DNA of 64,000 bases from an uncultured delta proteobacterium (GTDB lineage Bacteria; Myxococcota_A; Polyangia; Polyangiales; Polyangiaceae). The translations under genes were made by a program, and so were the position numbers. Positions 49,763 to 60,007 of this stretch are shown piece after piece; positions within the stretch are counted from its first letter, which is position 1, and every line of letters starts with the position of its first letter. The stretch is from assembly GCA_963806225.1 (NCBI GenBank), contig CAWDXG010000004.1, positions 608,001 to 672,000 of the forward strand, in the 5' to 3' direction. The notes under the pieces are model-generated. The model had not been told where the DNA came from. It did no database searches and saw only the letters and a program-made list of their open reading frames with translations.

Positions 49763-50029
49763 GTGTATCCGCGCGTGACGGATGTCTACAGGAGTCGCCC
49801 TCACCTCCGCGTGCACGCTGTCGGTCCGAAGCGCGCCGACGGCACCTGGTACGACTACACCGGACTGGCCATCTATCGCCGCAATATCTACAAGCAGGGC
49901 GTCGGCCCGTACTTGACCGTCCCGGGCAGTGTCAACGGAATGCTGGCCAACCGCTCGACCGCCCAGACCCTGCCAGAGGCCGAGTGGCGCGCCTTGCAGG
50001 TCTACGACCAGCGCTTGCCAGCCAAGTAG
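49763..50029 (+). CDS. small hypothetical protein or 5'-truncated gene remnant (88 aa)
   Basis: Coding-like codon usage and Tyr/Trp-rich globular-looking sequence; fills the intergenic gap; no clear RBS. Confidence 0.45.
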   Translation: MYPRVTDVYRSRPHLRVHAVGPKRADGTWYDYTGLAIYRRNIYKQGVGPYLTVPGSVNGMLANRSTAQTLPEAEWRALQVYDQRLPAK

Positions 50030-50140
50030 CTCGCCCGGACCGCGCCGCCGCGATCAACGTCGCCACCAGCCTTGCAGGGACCAGTCCGGGGCTGACGCCG
50101 GGTTCCGCGCGGCGCGTTCGACGCTATAGTCCGCGGCGTC

Positions 50141-50974
50141 ATGAAGGTGCGTCACCTCGACTGCGCGACGCTGTGTCCGATCGGCGGGCGCTGGCTGACC
50201 GGATACGGCAGCCTGCTGGAGCGGGCGCGGCTGGTCTGTCACTGCCTGCTGGTCGAGCTGGACGACGGGCTGCTCCTGGTCGATACGGGGCTCGGGCTAG
50301 AGGATCTCGGGGCGCCGCGGCAGCGGCTGGGGCGCGGCTTCTTGGCGCTGACGCAGCCGAAGCTGGACGAGGCACAGACGGCGGCCCGGCAGATCGAGGC
50401 GCTCGGCTTCTCGCCGCACGACGTGCGACACGTCGTGCTCACACACCTCGACATCGACCACGCGGGCGGGATCAGCGACTTCCCCGAGGCGATGGTGCAC
50501 GTCCTGGCAGCGGAGCACGATGCGGCGACGCGTCCGCAGAGCACGCTGGAGCGGCACCGCTACCGGCCGGCGCAGTGGAGCCACTCGCCCACCTGGTCGC
50601 TCTACCAGCCGGAGGGCGAGCCCTGGTTCGGCTTCGAGTGCGTGCGCGGTCTGGACGGCGTGCCACCCGAGGTGCTGCTGGTGCCGCTGCCCGGCCACAC
50701 GCGCGGCCACTCCGCCGTGGCGGTGCAGACGGACGAGGGCTGGCTGCTGCACGCGGGCGACGCCTACTTCCACCACTCGGAGATGGATCCGGATCGGCGC
50801 CGCTGCCCTCCCCTGATGGATCTGTTCGAGCGCGCGGTGCAGGTGGACGGCGAGCGGCAGTTCGAAAACCAGGAGCGCCTGCGCGTTCTGGCGCGCGAGA
50901 ACCGCGGCGAGGTGCGCGTGTTCTCGGCCCACGACGCCGTCGAGTTCGAGCGGCTGAGGGGCGTTTGCGAATGA
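50141..50974 (+). CDS. metallo-beta-lactamase fold hydrolase
   Basis: LVDTG, THLDIDHAGG, PGHTRGH, AGDA and SAHD. Confidence 0.9.
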   Translation: MKVRHLDCATLCPIGGRWLTGYGSLLERARLVCHCLLVELDDGLLLVDTGLGLEDLGAPRQRLGRGFLALTQPKLDEAQTAARQIEALGFSPHDVRHVVLTHLDIDHAGGISDFPEAMVHVLAAEHDAATRPQSTLERHRYRPAQWSHSPTWSLYQPEGEPWFGFECVRGLDGVPPEVLLVPLPGHTRGHSAVAVQTDEGWLLHAGDAYFHHSEMDPDRRRCPPLMDLFERAVQVDGERQFENQERLRVLARENRGEVRVFSAHDAVEFERLRGVCE

Positions 50975-51011
50975 CGAGCTACGAAGGCTGCTGTCCAGAG
51001 AGCACCGGGAG

Positions 51012-52118
51012 TTGAGCGCCAGACCCCCCACACCCCCTCTCCAGCTGCCCGACGCGCGGCGGCGCGCGCGCCTCGCGAAAGCGCTGCTCGACTGGTACGG
51101 CCGCGAGAAGCGCGATCTGCCGTGGCGGCGTACGCGCGACCCGTACGCGGTGTGGGTGAGCGAGGTGATGCTGCAGCAGACGCAAGTGGCCACGGTGCTG
51201 CCGTACTACGAGCGCTGGATGCAGCGATTTCCAACGGCCCGCGCTCTCGCTGCTGCCGCGGAGGACGAGGTGCTGCACGCCTGGCAGGGGCTCGGCTACT
51301 ACTCGCGCGCGCGGCGGCTGCTCCAGGGAGCGCGCGCCGTCGTGGAGCGGCACGGCGGACAGCTGCCGGACAGCGCCGAGGCGCTGCTGGCGCTGCCGGG
51401 GATCGGGCCCTACTCCGCCGGCGCCATCGCGAGCATCGCCTACGGCCTGGCCGAGCCGATCGTCGACGGCAACGTGGTGCGCGTGCTCACGCGGCTCTTC
51501 GCCCTGCGCGGCGATCCCGCACGCGCGCCGCTCAAGGCCGAGCTGTGGGCGCTCGCACGCGCGCTCATTCCGGAGGGGTGCGCTTCCGACTTCAACCAGT
51601 CGTTGATGGAGCTCGGCGCGACCGTGTGCACCCCGAAGCAGCCGCGCTGCGACGGCTGCCCCGTGCGCGGGCAGTGCGCGGCACTGTCGCAGGGCATCGT
51701 GGACCAGCTGCCCGAGACGGCGCGCCGCCCCGAAACGACGGCGCTGCACATGGTGGCGGCGCTGGTGTGGCGGCGCGGGCGCGTGCTGGTCACGCAGCTG
51801 CAGGACGACGCACCGCGCTGGGCCGGCATGTGGCAGTTCCCAAACGCCGAGCGCAACGCGAAGGAAACCCCCGAGCAGGCGCTGTCGCGCGCGGTCAGGG
51901 AGAGCGTGGGCCTCGACGCGGAAGCCACAGGGCTCGCTGCCGTGGTGCGCCACGGCGTGACGCGCTACCGCATCACGCTCGACGCCTACACGGCCAGTGC
52001 TCCGAAGGGGCGCGCCCGCGCGCTTGGCTGCCAGGCTGTGCGCTGGTGCGCGCAGGCCGAGCTGGAAGCGCTGGCCATGCCGGCAGCGCACCGCAATATC
52101 GCGAGCAAGCTCGCATGA
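51012..52118 (+). CDS. mutY: A/G-specific adenine glycosylase
   Basis: RDLPWR, SEVMLQQTQV, WQGLGYYSRAR, LPGIGPY, VDGNVVRV and the Fe-S motif CTPKQPRCDGCPVRGQC. Confidence 0.95.
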   Translation: MSARPPTPPLQLPDARRRARLAKALLDWYGREKRDLPWRRTRDPYAVWVSEVMLQQTQVATVLPYYERWMQRFPTARALAAAAEDEVLHAWQGLGYYSRARRLLQGARAVVERHGGQLPDSAEALLALPGIGPYSAGAIASIAYGLAEPIVDGNVVRVLTRLFALRGDPARAPLKAELWALARALIPEGCASDFNQSLMELGATVCTPKQPRCDGCPVRGQCAALSQGIVDQLPETARRPETTALHMVAALVWRRGRVLVTQLQDDAPRWAGMWQFPNAERNAKETPEQALSRAVRESVGLDAEATGLAAVVRHGVTRYRITLDAYTASAPKGRARALGCQAVRWCAQAELEALAMPAAHRNIASKLA

Positions 52119-52498
52119 TCGTGGAGGTTGCGATCGCGCTGGTGTGGAAGGACGGGCGGCTGTTGCTCTCGCGCCGGCCCGACGACGCGCACCTGGGGGG
52201 GCTGTGGGAGTTTCCAGGTGGCAAGCTCGAAGCGGGCGAGACGCCGGAGCAGGCCGCCGAGCGCGAGGTCCGTGAAGAACTGGGAGTCCGCTGCCGCGCG
52301 CGCTCGCGCCGCGCGCCCATCCACCACGACTACGCCGACCGTAGCGTGGTCCTGCACCCTGTGGACTGCGACTTCGTCTCCGGCGAGCCGCGCGCGCTCG
52401 AAGTGAGCGCGTTTGCATGGGAATTGCCGGCGGAGCTCGGGAAGTACCGCTTTCCGGAGGCGAATGCGGAGCTGGTGACAGAGCTCATGCGCGGGTGA
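52115..52498 (+). CDS. mutT: 8-oxo-dGTP diphosphatase (NUDIX)
   Basis: GLWEFPGGKLEAGETPEQAAEREVREELG and FPEAN; ATGA overlap with mutY. Confidence 0.88.
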   Translation: MIVEVAIALVWKDGRLLLSRRPDDAHLGGLWEFPGGKLEAGETPEQAAEREVREELGVRCRARSRRAPIHHDYADRSVVLHPVDCDFVSGEPRALEVSAFAWELPAELGKYRFPEANAELVTELMRG

Positions 52499-52544
52499 CG
52501 TCACTGCTGGCACTGGCGCGGCAGAAGTCCTGGGCTGGCGCGCG

Positions 52545-53006
52545 ATGAAACCGCGGTTGCTGCTTCTGGTCCAGGCGACGACAGCGGCCGTCGTGGCCTG
52601 CACACCGGCGCGCCCGGCCAAGCACTCCGCTCCGACCGTCGCGATCGCACGCCCAGCCGCGAGTGCCGGCGCCACCCCGACTCCGCCAGCGCCGTCGTCG
52701 AACCTGCCGCCACCGTCGTCGAATCCGTCGCTCGAAAAAGGCGAGAAGCTCTACGCCAGCCTGGCCTGCAACGCCTGCCACGACGCGCCGAGCCACATCG
52801 CTCCGCCGCTGCGCGACCTCCGGGGCAGTACGCTGAAGCTCGCCGACGGCCGGCAGATCACGGTCGACGCGGATTTCGTGCGTGACGCCGTGCTCGAGCC
52901 ACAGGACCACCTCGTCGCGGGCTACTCGCCGACCATGCCGACCTACCGCGGGGTGGTCGCCGGACAGAAGCTCGACGCGCTCGTCGCCTACGTGATGTCG
53001 CGCTAG
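52545..53006 (+). CDS. monoheme cytochrome c lipoprotein
   Basis: Lipobox VVA-C, Pro-rich linker, CNACH, and VAGYSPTMPTY with a likely axial Met. Confidence 0.85.
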   Translation: MKPRLLLLVQATTAAVVACTPARPAKHSAPTVAIARPAASAGATPTPPAPSSNLPPPSSNPSLEKGEKLYASLACNACHDAPSHIAPPLRDLRGSTLKLADGRQITVDADFVRDAVLEPQDHLVAGYSPTMPTYRGVVAGQKLDALVAYVMSR

Positions 53007-53012
53007 GGGGCT

Positions 53013-53597
53013 TCACGCGCTCCTGGCCGCTTCACCGTCGATCGCGGCGGCCAGCTTCTTCTCGAGCCGCGCCAGCCGATCCAGCAGCTCCTCGTGACGA
53101 AGCTCCTCGTCGGTGGGCTCGCGCTGCACGAACGTGAGCGCGCCGCCGACCTCCAGCCGCGCGGTCTTGACGTGGGCGAGGCTCGGGATCCCCTGGCGTC
53201 GCGCCGCCGCCTCCAGCTCGTCCCGGGTGATGAGCTCCTTTTCCAGGCGCTGCTCCAGCAGCTTGCCGTTGACGATCAGCGTGTCCGCGTCACCCTCCAG
53301 CAGCCGGTCCAGCTTGCGGTGGCGGTAGAGCACGCGCACCACCAGGTAGTTGAAGACCAGCAGCGTTGTGCCGCCGATCAGCCCACCCGTGAGCGACGTG
53401 TCGTTGCCGATGATGGCGTTCTGCAACGCGCTGGTGAGCAGCAGCAACATCACCAGATCGAAGGCATTGAGCTGCCCGAGCTCGCGCTTGCCCGCGAAGC
53501 GCAGCCCCAGAAGCAGGAAGGTGTACACCGCCAGAGTGCGGGCGATCTTCTCGACGACGGGAATCCCGGGATGAACGAGTGTGGCCCAATGCAACAT
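53013..53597 (-). CDS. DUF421/YetF family membrane protein
   Basis: LRFAGKRELGQLNAFDLV, LEGD..LIVNG and ARLEVGG; start moved to ATG 53597. Confidence 0.88.
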   Translation of the reverse strand: MLHWATLVHPGIPVVEKIARTLAVYTFLLLGLRFAGKRELGQLNAFDLVMLLLLTSALQNAIIGNDTSLTGGLIGGTTLLVFNYLVVRVLYRHRKLDRLLEGDADTLIVNGKLLEQRLEKELITRDELEAAARRQGIPSLAHVKTARLEVGGALTFVQREPTDEELRHEELLDRLARLEKKLAAAIDGEAARSA

Positions 53598-53693
53598 GGG
53601 CCGGAGTGTGCGCCAGGCAGCGCGCGAAGGGAATCGCAGAGGGAGCTGCTTCGGGGGAAGCACCCAGCGGACTGGTGCGTAGATCACATCGCC

Positions 53694-54923
53694 ATGCGAG
53701 CGTCGGTCCTGGTGTCGCTGCTGGCCGGCTGCGGCGCGCGCGCTCCCGCGCCGGGTCCCGGAGTGGCGCCCGCGACCGTTGGGGATTGCCCGGCGCACGG
53801 AGCCTCCGTCGCAGGCGTCCTGGACGGGCGGAGGCCGGTCGCTTCGGTTCACGGGATCGCCGTGACAACGGCCGCGCGGGGCGACCACAGCGGCCTGGCG
53901 TGGCTCGCCAGAGACGGCTCGCTCGCCTTCGCCCCACTGCCCGGTTCTTTCGACCTGTGCGTGCCGGAAGGCGACGGCGTACGCTGTTTCCGCGCACCGG
54001 TCCGGAAGCCCGACGGAACCCTCCTGCCGCTCCGCACCCTGTACGCGAGCCTCCATGGTGCGGGAGCCGTCGAGCGCTGGAACGGCGCGCCGTGGGCCAC
54101 ACCTCGCGCCGCGGCCAGCGACGGCCGGCATGCGCTGGTGTTGTTCACGAAAGACAACGCGCTGCGCGTCGCCGTGTGGAACGTGAAACGCGGCCAACTG
54201 CTGGCGCTCTCCCCGACACTGGTCGGACCCTTCCGGCCGCTCGAAGCGTGGTGCAGCGCGGGGCATTGCACGCTGGCTGGCATCTCCGCCTCGCGCGTGG
54301 TCGTCTTCCGCGCGCTCGGCCTCCGCCGCAACGTCGCGGCCGACAACGTGCTCCAGGCGACAGTCGTCACCTCGGGCGCACATCACCTGCTGTTCTGGAT
54401 CGGCAGGGACGGCGCGGTCCGACGCCGGCTGCTCGATGCCGACGGCCAGGCGGTGGACACCGGCCTGGCGCTCGGTTCGACCGCGCGCGTCAACGCCCTC
54501 GGCAACGGGCTACTTGGTGTGCACGGGTCTGGCGGCTGGTCGATCGCAGATGTCGGGGCCGACGGCGCGCTCGGTCCGCTCCAGCCACTGGGCATCGACT
54601 CTGTCGGCCTGAAAGCTGCGCGGTCGGGCAAAGGCGTCGTCGCCGTGGCGCTCGACGGAGACGTCGACTACGACAACGCTGGCACCTATGGCTTCCATTC
54701 GTGGACGTTCCGGGCGCGCTGGCGCTGGCTTGCGCCCCGCGTCCGGACTCCGTGGAAGCCCTTGCTCGGCAGGGATCAGCCGTCGTCCGGTGACGGGCGC
54801 GGTAGCTGGGACGTCTTCCTGCTGACGAGGCCAGGACGCGTTTCCGCCCTGGTGGTTCCGCGCGGCGACGCCGTCGGACCCCGCCGCCTGGTGGCGCTGC
54901 GTGTGCCGTGCCCGGCCCCCTGA
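53694..54923 (+). CDS. hypothetical lipoprotein
   Basis: ATG 53694; lipobox LLAG-C; beta-rich mature sequence. Confidence 0.6.
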   Translation: MRASVLVSLLAGCGARAPAPGPGVAPATVGDCPAHGASVAGVLDGRRPVASVHGIAVTTAARGDHSGLAWLARDGSLAFAPLPGSFDLCVPEGDGVRCFRAPVRKPDGTLLPLRTLYASLHGAGAVERWNGAPWATPRAAASDGRHALVLFTKDNALRVAVWNVKRGQLLALSPTLVGPFRPLEAWCSAGHCTLAGISASRVVVFRALGLRRNVAADNVLQATVVTSGAHHLLFWIGRDGAVRRRLLDADGQAVDTGLALGSTARVNALGNGLLGVHGSGGWSIADVGADGALGPLQPLGIDSVGLKAARSGKGVVAVALDGDVDYDNAGTYGFHSWTFRARWRWLAPRVRTPWKPLLGRDQPSSGDGRGSWDVFLLTRPGRVSALVVPRGDAVGPRRLVALRVPCPAP

Positions 54924-54936
54924 GCGCGCGGCGCGC

Positions 54937-57615
54937 CTACACCGTCAGCGGGTCGACCTTGTCCGGATCGATGTCGAGGTCGCGGATGGCCTGCGCCACG
55001 ACGCCCGCCTCGAGCTTGCCGTCGAGCCGCAGCGCGTCGAGGGCCGCGATGACGATGTTTTCCGCGTCGATCTCGAAGTGGCGGCGCAGGGCCTCGCGGG
55101 TGTCGCTCATGCCGAAGCCATCGGTGCCGAGTGGCACGAAACGCCCCGGCATCCAGCGAGCGATCTGGTCGGCATTCACCTTCATGTAGTCGCTGGCCGT
55201 GACGAACGGCCCTTCCACACCCTCGAGCGTGCTGACGATGTGCGGCACCTTCGGCTCCGCTTCCGGGTGCAACCGGTTGCGCCGCTCGCAGGCCAGCGCG
55301 TCGGCGCGCAACTGCTGGTAGCTGGTCGCACTCCACACGTCCGCGGAAACCCCGAACTTCTCCGCAAGGATCTGCTGTGCGCGCAGCACCTCGTTCAGGA
55401 TGCTGCCGCTACCGAAGAGCTGCACGCGCTTCTCGCTCTTCTTTTCCGCCGCGCGGTAGCGATACAGCCCGTTCAGGATGCCTTCCTTCACGCCCTCGGG
55501 CATGGGCGGCATGGTGTAGTTCTCGTTCTGCAGCGTGATGTAGTAGATGACGTTTTGCTGCTCGTGCAGCATGCGCCGCAGGCCGTCCTGGATGATGACC
55601 GCCAGCTCGTAGGCGAACGCCACGTCGTAGACAACCGCGTTCGGGATCACGCTCATCAAGACCGGACTGTGCCCGTCCTGGTGCTGCAGGCCCTCGCCGT
55701 TGAGCGTGGTGCGGCCGGCGGTGCCGCCGAGTAGAAAGCCGCGCGCCATCGAGTCACCCGCCGCCCACATCAGATCGCCCGTGCGCTGGTAACCGAACAT
55801 CGAATAGTAGATGTAGAACGGGATCATCGGCTCGTCGTGCACCGCATACGAAGTGCCGGCGGCGAGGAACGACGCGGTGGAGCCAGCCTCGGTGATACCC
55901 TCTTCCAGTACCTGGCCGTCCGTGCTCTCGCGGTAGTAGAGCAGCTTGCCCTTGTCGACCGGCTCGTACAGCTGCCCGCGCGACGAGTAGATGCCGACCT
56001 GCGAAAACAGCGCATCCATGCCGAAGGTGCGTGCCTCGTCCGGGATGATCGGCACGATGCGCCGCCCGATCTCCTTGTCGCGCAGGAGCTTCGACAGGAG
56101 CCGCGCGAACACCATCGTGGTCGACGCCTCGCCCTTCTTCATGCCCTCGTAGAACTCGGCGTATGTGTCCTCTTCGCTGGGCAGCTTGATGTCCACGCTC
56201 ACCTGCGTGCGGCGCGTCGGCACCACGCCGCCGAGCGCGCGGCGACGCTCCAGCAGGTACTCCACCTCGCGGCTTTCCCTGCCCGGGTGGTAGAACGGCG
56301 CCTCCTCCAGCTTGCTGTCGGGCACGGGCAGGTGCAGCGTGTCGCGGAAGGCGCGAAGCTCGCCCTTCTCCATCTTCTTCTTCTGGTGGGTGACGTTGCT
56401 GCCCTCGAAGTGCTCACCCAGCGTCCAGCCCTTGACCGTGTGGCAGAGGATGGCCGTCGGGCGATCCGTGGTCTCGGTGGCACGCTTGTACGCCGCGTAC
56501 AGTTTCCGGTAGCTGTGTCCGCCGCGACGGAGCTTCCTGATCTGCTCGTCGCTCAGGTGTTCGACCATGGCACTGAGCCGCGGATCGGTCCCGAAGAAGT
56601 GCTGGCGGGTGTAGTCGCCCGGCGCGGTGGCGTACTTCTGCCACTGCCCGTCGGGCACCTCGTTCATGCGCCGGCGCAGGACGCCCTCGTCGTCCTTCTC
56701 GAGCAGCTCGTCCCACTCCGGGCCCCAGATCACCTTGATCACGTGCCAGCCCGCACCGCGGAACACGCCCTCCAGCTCCTGGATGATCTTGCCGTTGCCG
56801 CGCACCGGTCCGTCGAGGCGCTGCAGGTTGCAGTTGACGACGAACGTCAGGTTGTCGAGCTGCTCGCGCGCCGCGATGGTCAGGCTGCCGAGCGCTTCCG
56901 GCTCGTCCGTCTCGCCGTCGCCGAGGTAGGCCCACACCCGCGCCTGCGAGGTGTCGAGGATGCCGCGATTATGCAGGTAGCGGTTGAAGCGCGCCGCGTA
57001 GATCGCCGACAGCGGGCCGAGCCCCATGCTCACCGTCGGGTACTCCCAGTAGTTGCTCATCAACCGCGGGTGCGGATACGAGCTGAGTCCCCTGCCCCGC
57101 TCCACCTCGCGGCGGAAGTGCTCCATGTTCTCGATGGAGATGCGGCCCTCGAGGAAGGAGCGCGCGTACATACCGGGCGCGGCGTGCCCCTGGAAGTAGA
57201 TCTGGTCTCCGCCGCCCGGGTGGTCCTTGCCGCGGAAGAAGTGGTTGAAGCCGACCTCGTACAGGCTGGCGCTCGAGGCGTACGTGGAGAGATGGCCACC
57301 GATGCCGGCAAAGCGCTTGTTCGCGCGGTGCACCATGGCCACGGCGTTCCAGCGGATGATGCGGCGGATGCGCTTCTCCATCTCCTCGTCGCCGGGGAAC
57401 GGAGCTTCTTCCTGACGCGGGATGGTGTTGACGAAGTCGGTGGTGAGCGGTCCGACCGGCACCACGCGATGTTGCCGCGCAGCCTGCATGACGCGCTTGA
57501 GCACGTAGCGCGCGCGCTGCTGCCCCTCGCTCGAGACCACGGCCTCGAGCGATTCGATCCATTCCCGGGTCTCTTCCGGATCCCGGTCCGCTTCATCCCG
57601 AATGTAGGTACCCAC
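54937..57615 (-). CDS. aceE: pyruvate dehydrogenase E1 component, homodimeric type
   Basis: [50 protein letters not shown] and LGTDGFG; GTG 57615 with GGAG RBS. Confidence 0.95.
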   Translation of the reverse strand: MGTYIRDEADRDPEETREWIESLEAVVSSEGQQRARYVLKRVMQAARQHRVVPVGPLTTDFVNTIPRQEEAPFPGDEEMEKRIRRIIRWNAVAMVHRANKRFAGIGGHLSTYASSASLYEVGFNHFFRGKDHPGGGDQIYFQGHAAPGMYARSFLEGRISIENMEHFRREVERGRGLSSYPHPRLMSNYWEYPTVSMGLGPLSAIYAARFNRYLHNRGILDTSQARVWAYLGDGETDEPEALGSLTIAAREQLDNLTFVVNCNLQRLDGPVRGNGKIIQELEGVFRGAGWHVIKVIWGPEWDELLEKDDEGVLRRRMNEVPDGQWQKYATAPGDYTRQHFFGTDPRLSAMVEHLSDEQIRKLRRGGHSYRKLYAAYKRATETTDRPTAILCHTVKGWTLGEHFEGSNVTHQKKKMEKGELRAFRDTLHLPVPDSKLEEAPFYHPGRESREVEYLLERRRALGGVVPTRRTQVSVDIKLPSEEDTYAEFYEGMKKGEASTTMVFARLLSKLLRDKEIGRRIVPIIPDEARTFGMDALFSQVGIYSSRGQLYEPVDKGKLLYYRESTDGQVLEEGITEAGSTASFLAAGTSYAVHDEPMIPFYIYYSMFGYQRTGDLMWAAGDSMARGFLLGGTAGRTTLNGEGLQHQDGHSPVLMSVIPNAVVYDVAFAYELAVIIQDGLRRMLHEQQNVIYYITLQNENYTMPPMPEGVKEGILNGLYRYRAAEKKSEKRVQLFGSGSILNEVLRAQQILAEKFGVSADVWSATSYQQLRADALACERRNRLHPEAEPKVPHIVSTLEGVEGPFVTASDYMKVNADQIARWMPGRFVPLGTDGFGMSDTREALRRHFEIDAENIVIAALDALRLDGKLEAGVVAQAIRDLDIDPDKVDPLTV

Positions 57616-57802
57616 GCGATGCGCTCCTTGTTCCGCCCTTCGTAGGGCCAAGACCACAACGCTTCAAGCTCGCTCGAAGATGGAGCCGGAAACGCGCCGC
57701 GTAGCGCCTTCCGCCGCGCTGCGGCATGGCGTCCGGACGGCGGGCCCGACCCGCGAACACCCCTGCGCCGGTCCAGGGGGAATCAGGCGTCCCGACAGGC
57801 CG

Positions 57803-60007
57803 CTACTTGAACAGGTGGCAGCCCTGGCAGCGCTTCGCGCCGACCTGGTGGTCGACCTTGTCCTTGTGACAAGCCAGGCAATTCTGCCGGGTCGGCAGGC
57901 TCGCCTTGTGCGTCACGTGGCACTTGTTGCACTGCGAGTGCGCCTTCACCGTGTGCAGGCCCTTCTTGATGTTCGCGGCGTGGCAGGTCACGCACTTCGG
58001 CGGCATGAATCCGTGCGGCTTGTGGCAGTTGTTGCACGCCGTGTGCTGCTTCGAGTCTGTCGCCTCGGTCTTGTGGCAGTTCACGCAGCGGCCGTACCAG
58101 CCGGCCAGCGTGCTCGGCGGCGCCTGGTGCGGTGCGTGGCACCCGACGCACTTGTGACGCGGGTTGACCTTGACCTGTCGCGCCTGCTTGGCGTGGCAGG
58201 TGCCGCAGGCCTTCTTCTGCCGCACGTCGTGCTGGTTGTGGCAGTTGTTGCAGGCCTTGTGATGCGCCGATTGGGCCGGCCACTGGTCGGCGACGTGCGC
58301 CTTGTCCGAATGGCAGTGCCGGCACTGCTGGAGCGCCGCTTCCTTCTTCTTGTGGGGCAGATGGCAGGAGTTGCACTTCTCGTGCGTCGGGTTGACCGGC
58401 GCCAGATGGATCTGCTTGTGGCAGCCCAGGCACTGGGTCTGCTTGACGTCGGGCTCGCCGTGATGTTCGTGGCACTTCGTGCAACGCCCCGTGTGGATCT
58501 GCGCGGTCTTCACGATCTTCTGGTGGCAGTTCAGACACGGTAGCCGCACGCCGCGCACACTGAAGCGGTGCTGCTTGTGGCACGACATGCAGTTCTGGTG
58601 GGGCTTGGGCGCCGCGGTCGCCACCAGCCGGATCTTGTCCTTGTGGCAGTTGCCGCAGACCTTGATCGTGACCTTCGGGTTGCCGTGGATCGTGTGACAG
58701 GACGGACAGCTGCCGCGAGCGTGCGCCGCCGGTCCGACGGCCACCACCTGGCGGACTTCCTTCGAGTGGCAGCTGATGCACGCCTGCGGCGGCTTGGGCA
58801 GCGGGTCGTGAGGATTGTGGCAGCTGGTGCAGATCTGGTGGCGCGCCGGACCGGCCCGCATCTTCGCCGCATTCTGCTTGTGGCACTTGCCGCAGACCGT
58901 TCCAACCGGCGGAGGCCCGTGCACGTCGTGGCAGTTGACGCACTTCTGGTGCTGCACGGGGCTCTTGGTGAAGACCAGCGTCGCCTGCTTGTTGTGACAC
59001 TTGACGCAGCCGTTCTTGTCGGGAACCCACGTGTGCGGCTGGTGGCAGCTGGCGCACTCGTCGTGCTCGAGCGCCGTCGACCGCTTCTTGTTCTCGCGCC
59101 GCCGCGCCTGCTCGTGGCAGCGCTTGCATTGGTCGTCAGCGCGCTTGAGCGGGGCGTGGACCTTGTGGCAGCTCTGGCACTCGTGGTGCTCCTTGGGCAG
59201 CTGCACGTCCTCGGTGCCGATCTTGATGTTGTGGCACTGCCGGCACGGCGGCTCGGTCTGGCCCTTGCCGTAGTCGTGATGCGGCTGGTGACAGAGCTTG
59301 CAGTCCACGCCGCCGTGCAGATCCTGCGGGCGGATCACGGTCGCGGGGATGACCTCGGGGTTGCCCTTGAAGGACTTCGCGTTCTTGCTGTGGCAGCGAT
59401 CGCAGGCTTCAATCGTGAGCCAGGGCTTGCCGCCACTCGACGACGAGAAGTTGTGGCACGAAAGGCACTGCGGACGTCCGGCCTCGTTGAAGTCCTTCTT
59501 CGCGTGCAGGTGCGAGTCCTTGTGACAGCCGAGGCAGACCTTGGCCGAGGCGCTCCCGCTGTGGCTCGTCTTCGCGTGGCACGAGAGGCAATCGACCTTG
59601 TCCAGGTCCTCGTGCAGCCGGTGCCCCGACGTCTCCGCGATCTTCTGCCAGCCCGCCTGGAGGTCGTTGTGACAGGACGAGCAGCTCGCTGCCTTCACCT
59701 GACCGTGAGCGCGGACGTGGCTCGCCCCCACCGCCTTCGCCATCAGAAGCCGGAGGCCGGTACCACCACCGATAGTGTGACAGGCCTGGCACCGGATGTT
59801 CTTGTGCCCCGCCGACGCGACGTGCGCCTTGGACTGCGCCGTGTGGCAGCTACCCGTGCACGCGCCTGACGAGTGCGTCGCGTACCGCCGCGCGCCGGCG
59901 ACCAGCGCAGCCACGATGATCGCGAGTAGCGGCAGCCCGATCGCGACCCAACGCGGCGGGCGCCGCGCTGCACGCTCCGGAGCCGGCGCACTGGTCGGCT
60001 CGCTCAT
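57803..60007 (-). CDS. membrane-anchored multiheme cytochrome c (33 CxxCH + 1 CX3CH)
   Basis: Motifs counted by hand in the 734-aa translation; N-terminal TM helix; ATGA overlap with the upstream gene. Confidence 0.93.
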   Translation of the reverse strand: MSEPTSAPAPERAARRPPRWVAIGLPLLAIIVAALVAGARRYATHSSGACTGSCHTAQSKAHVASAGHKNIRCQACHTIGGGTGLRLLMAKAVGASHVRAHGQVKAASCSSCHNDLQAGWQKIAETSGHRLHEDLDKVDCLSCHAKTSHSGSASAKVCLGCHKDSHLHAKKDFNEAGRPQCLSCHNFSSSSGGKPWLTIEACDRCHSKNAKSFKGNPEVIPATVIRPQDLHGGVDCKLCHQPHHDYGKGQTEPPCRQCHNIKIGTEDVQLPKEHHECQSCHKVHAPLKRADDQCKRCHEQARRRENKKRSTALEHDECASCHQPHTWVPDKNGCVKCHNKQATLVFTKSPVQHQKCVNCHDVHGPPPVGTVCGKCHKQNAAKMRAGPARHQICTSCHNPHDPLPKPPQACISCHSKEVRQVVAVGPAAHARGSCPSCHTIHGNPKVTIKVCGNCHKDKIRLVATAAPKPHQNCMSCHKQHRFSVRGVRLPCLNCHQKIVKTAQIHTGRCTKCHEHHGEPDVKQTQCLGCHKQIHLAPVNPTHEKCNSCHLPHKKKEAALQQCRHCHSDKAHVADQWPAQSAHHKACNNCHNQHDVRQKKACGTCHAKQARQVKVNPRHKCVGCHAPHQAPPSTLAGWYGRCVNCHKTEATDSKQHTACNNCHKPHGFMPPKCVTCHAANIKKGLHTVKAHSQCNKCHVTHKASLPTRQNCLACHKDKVDHQVGAKRCQGCHLFK

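Noticed and set aside
50141..50974. Beta-lactamase or AHL lactonase assignment
   Set aside because: Only the general MBL fold is supported (HxDxDH variant, no signal peptide); the substrate cannot be inferred from sequence alone
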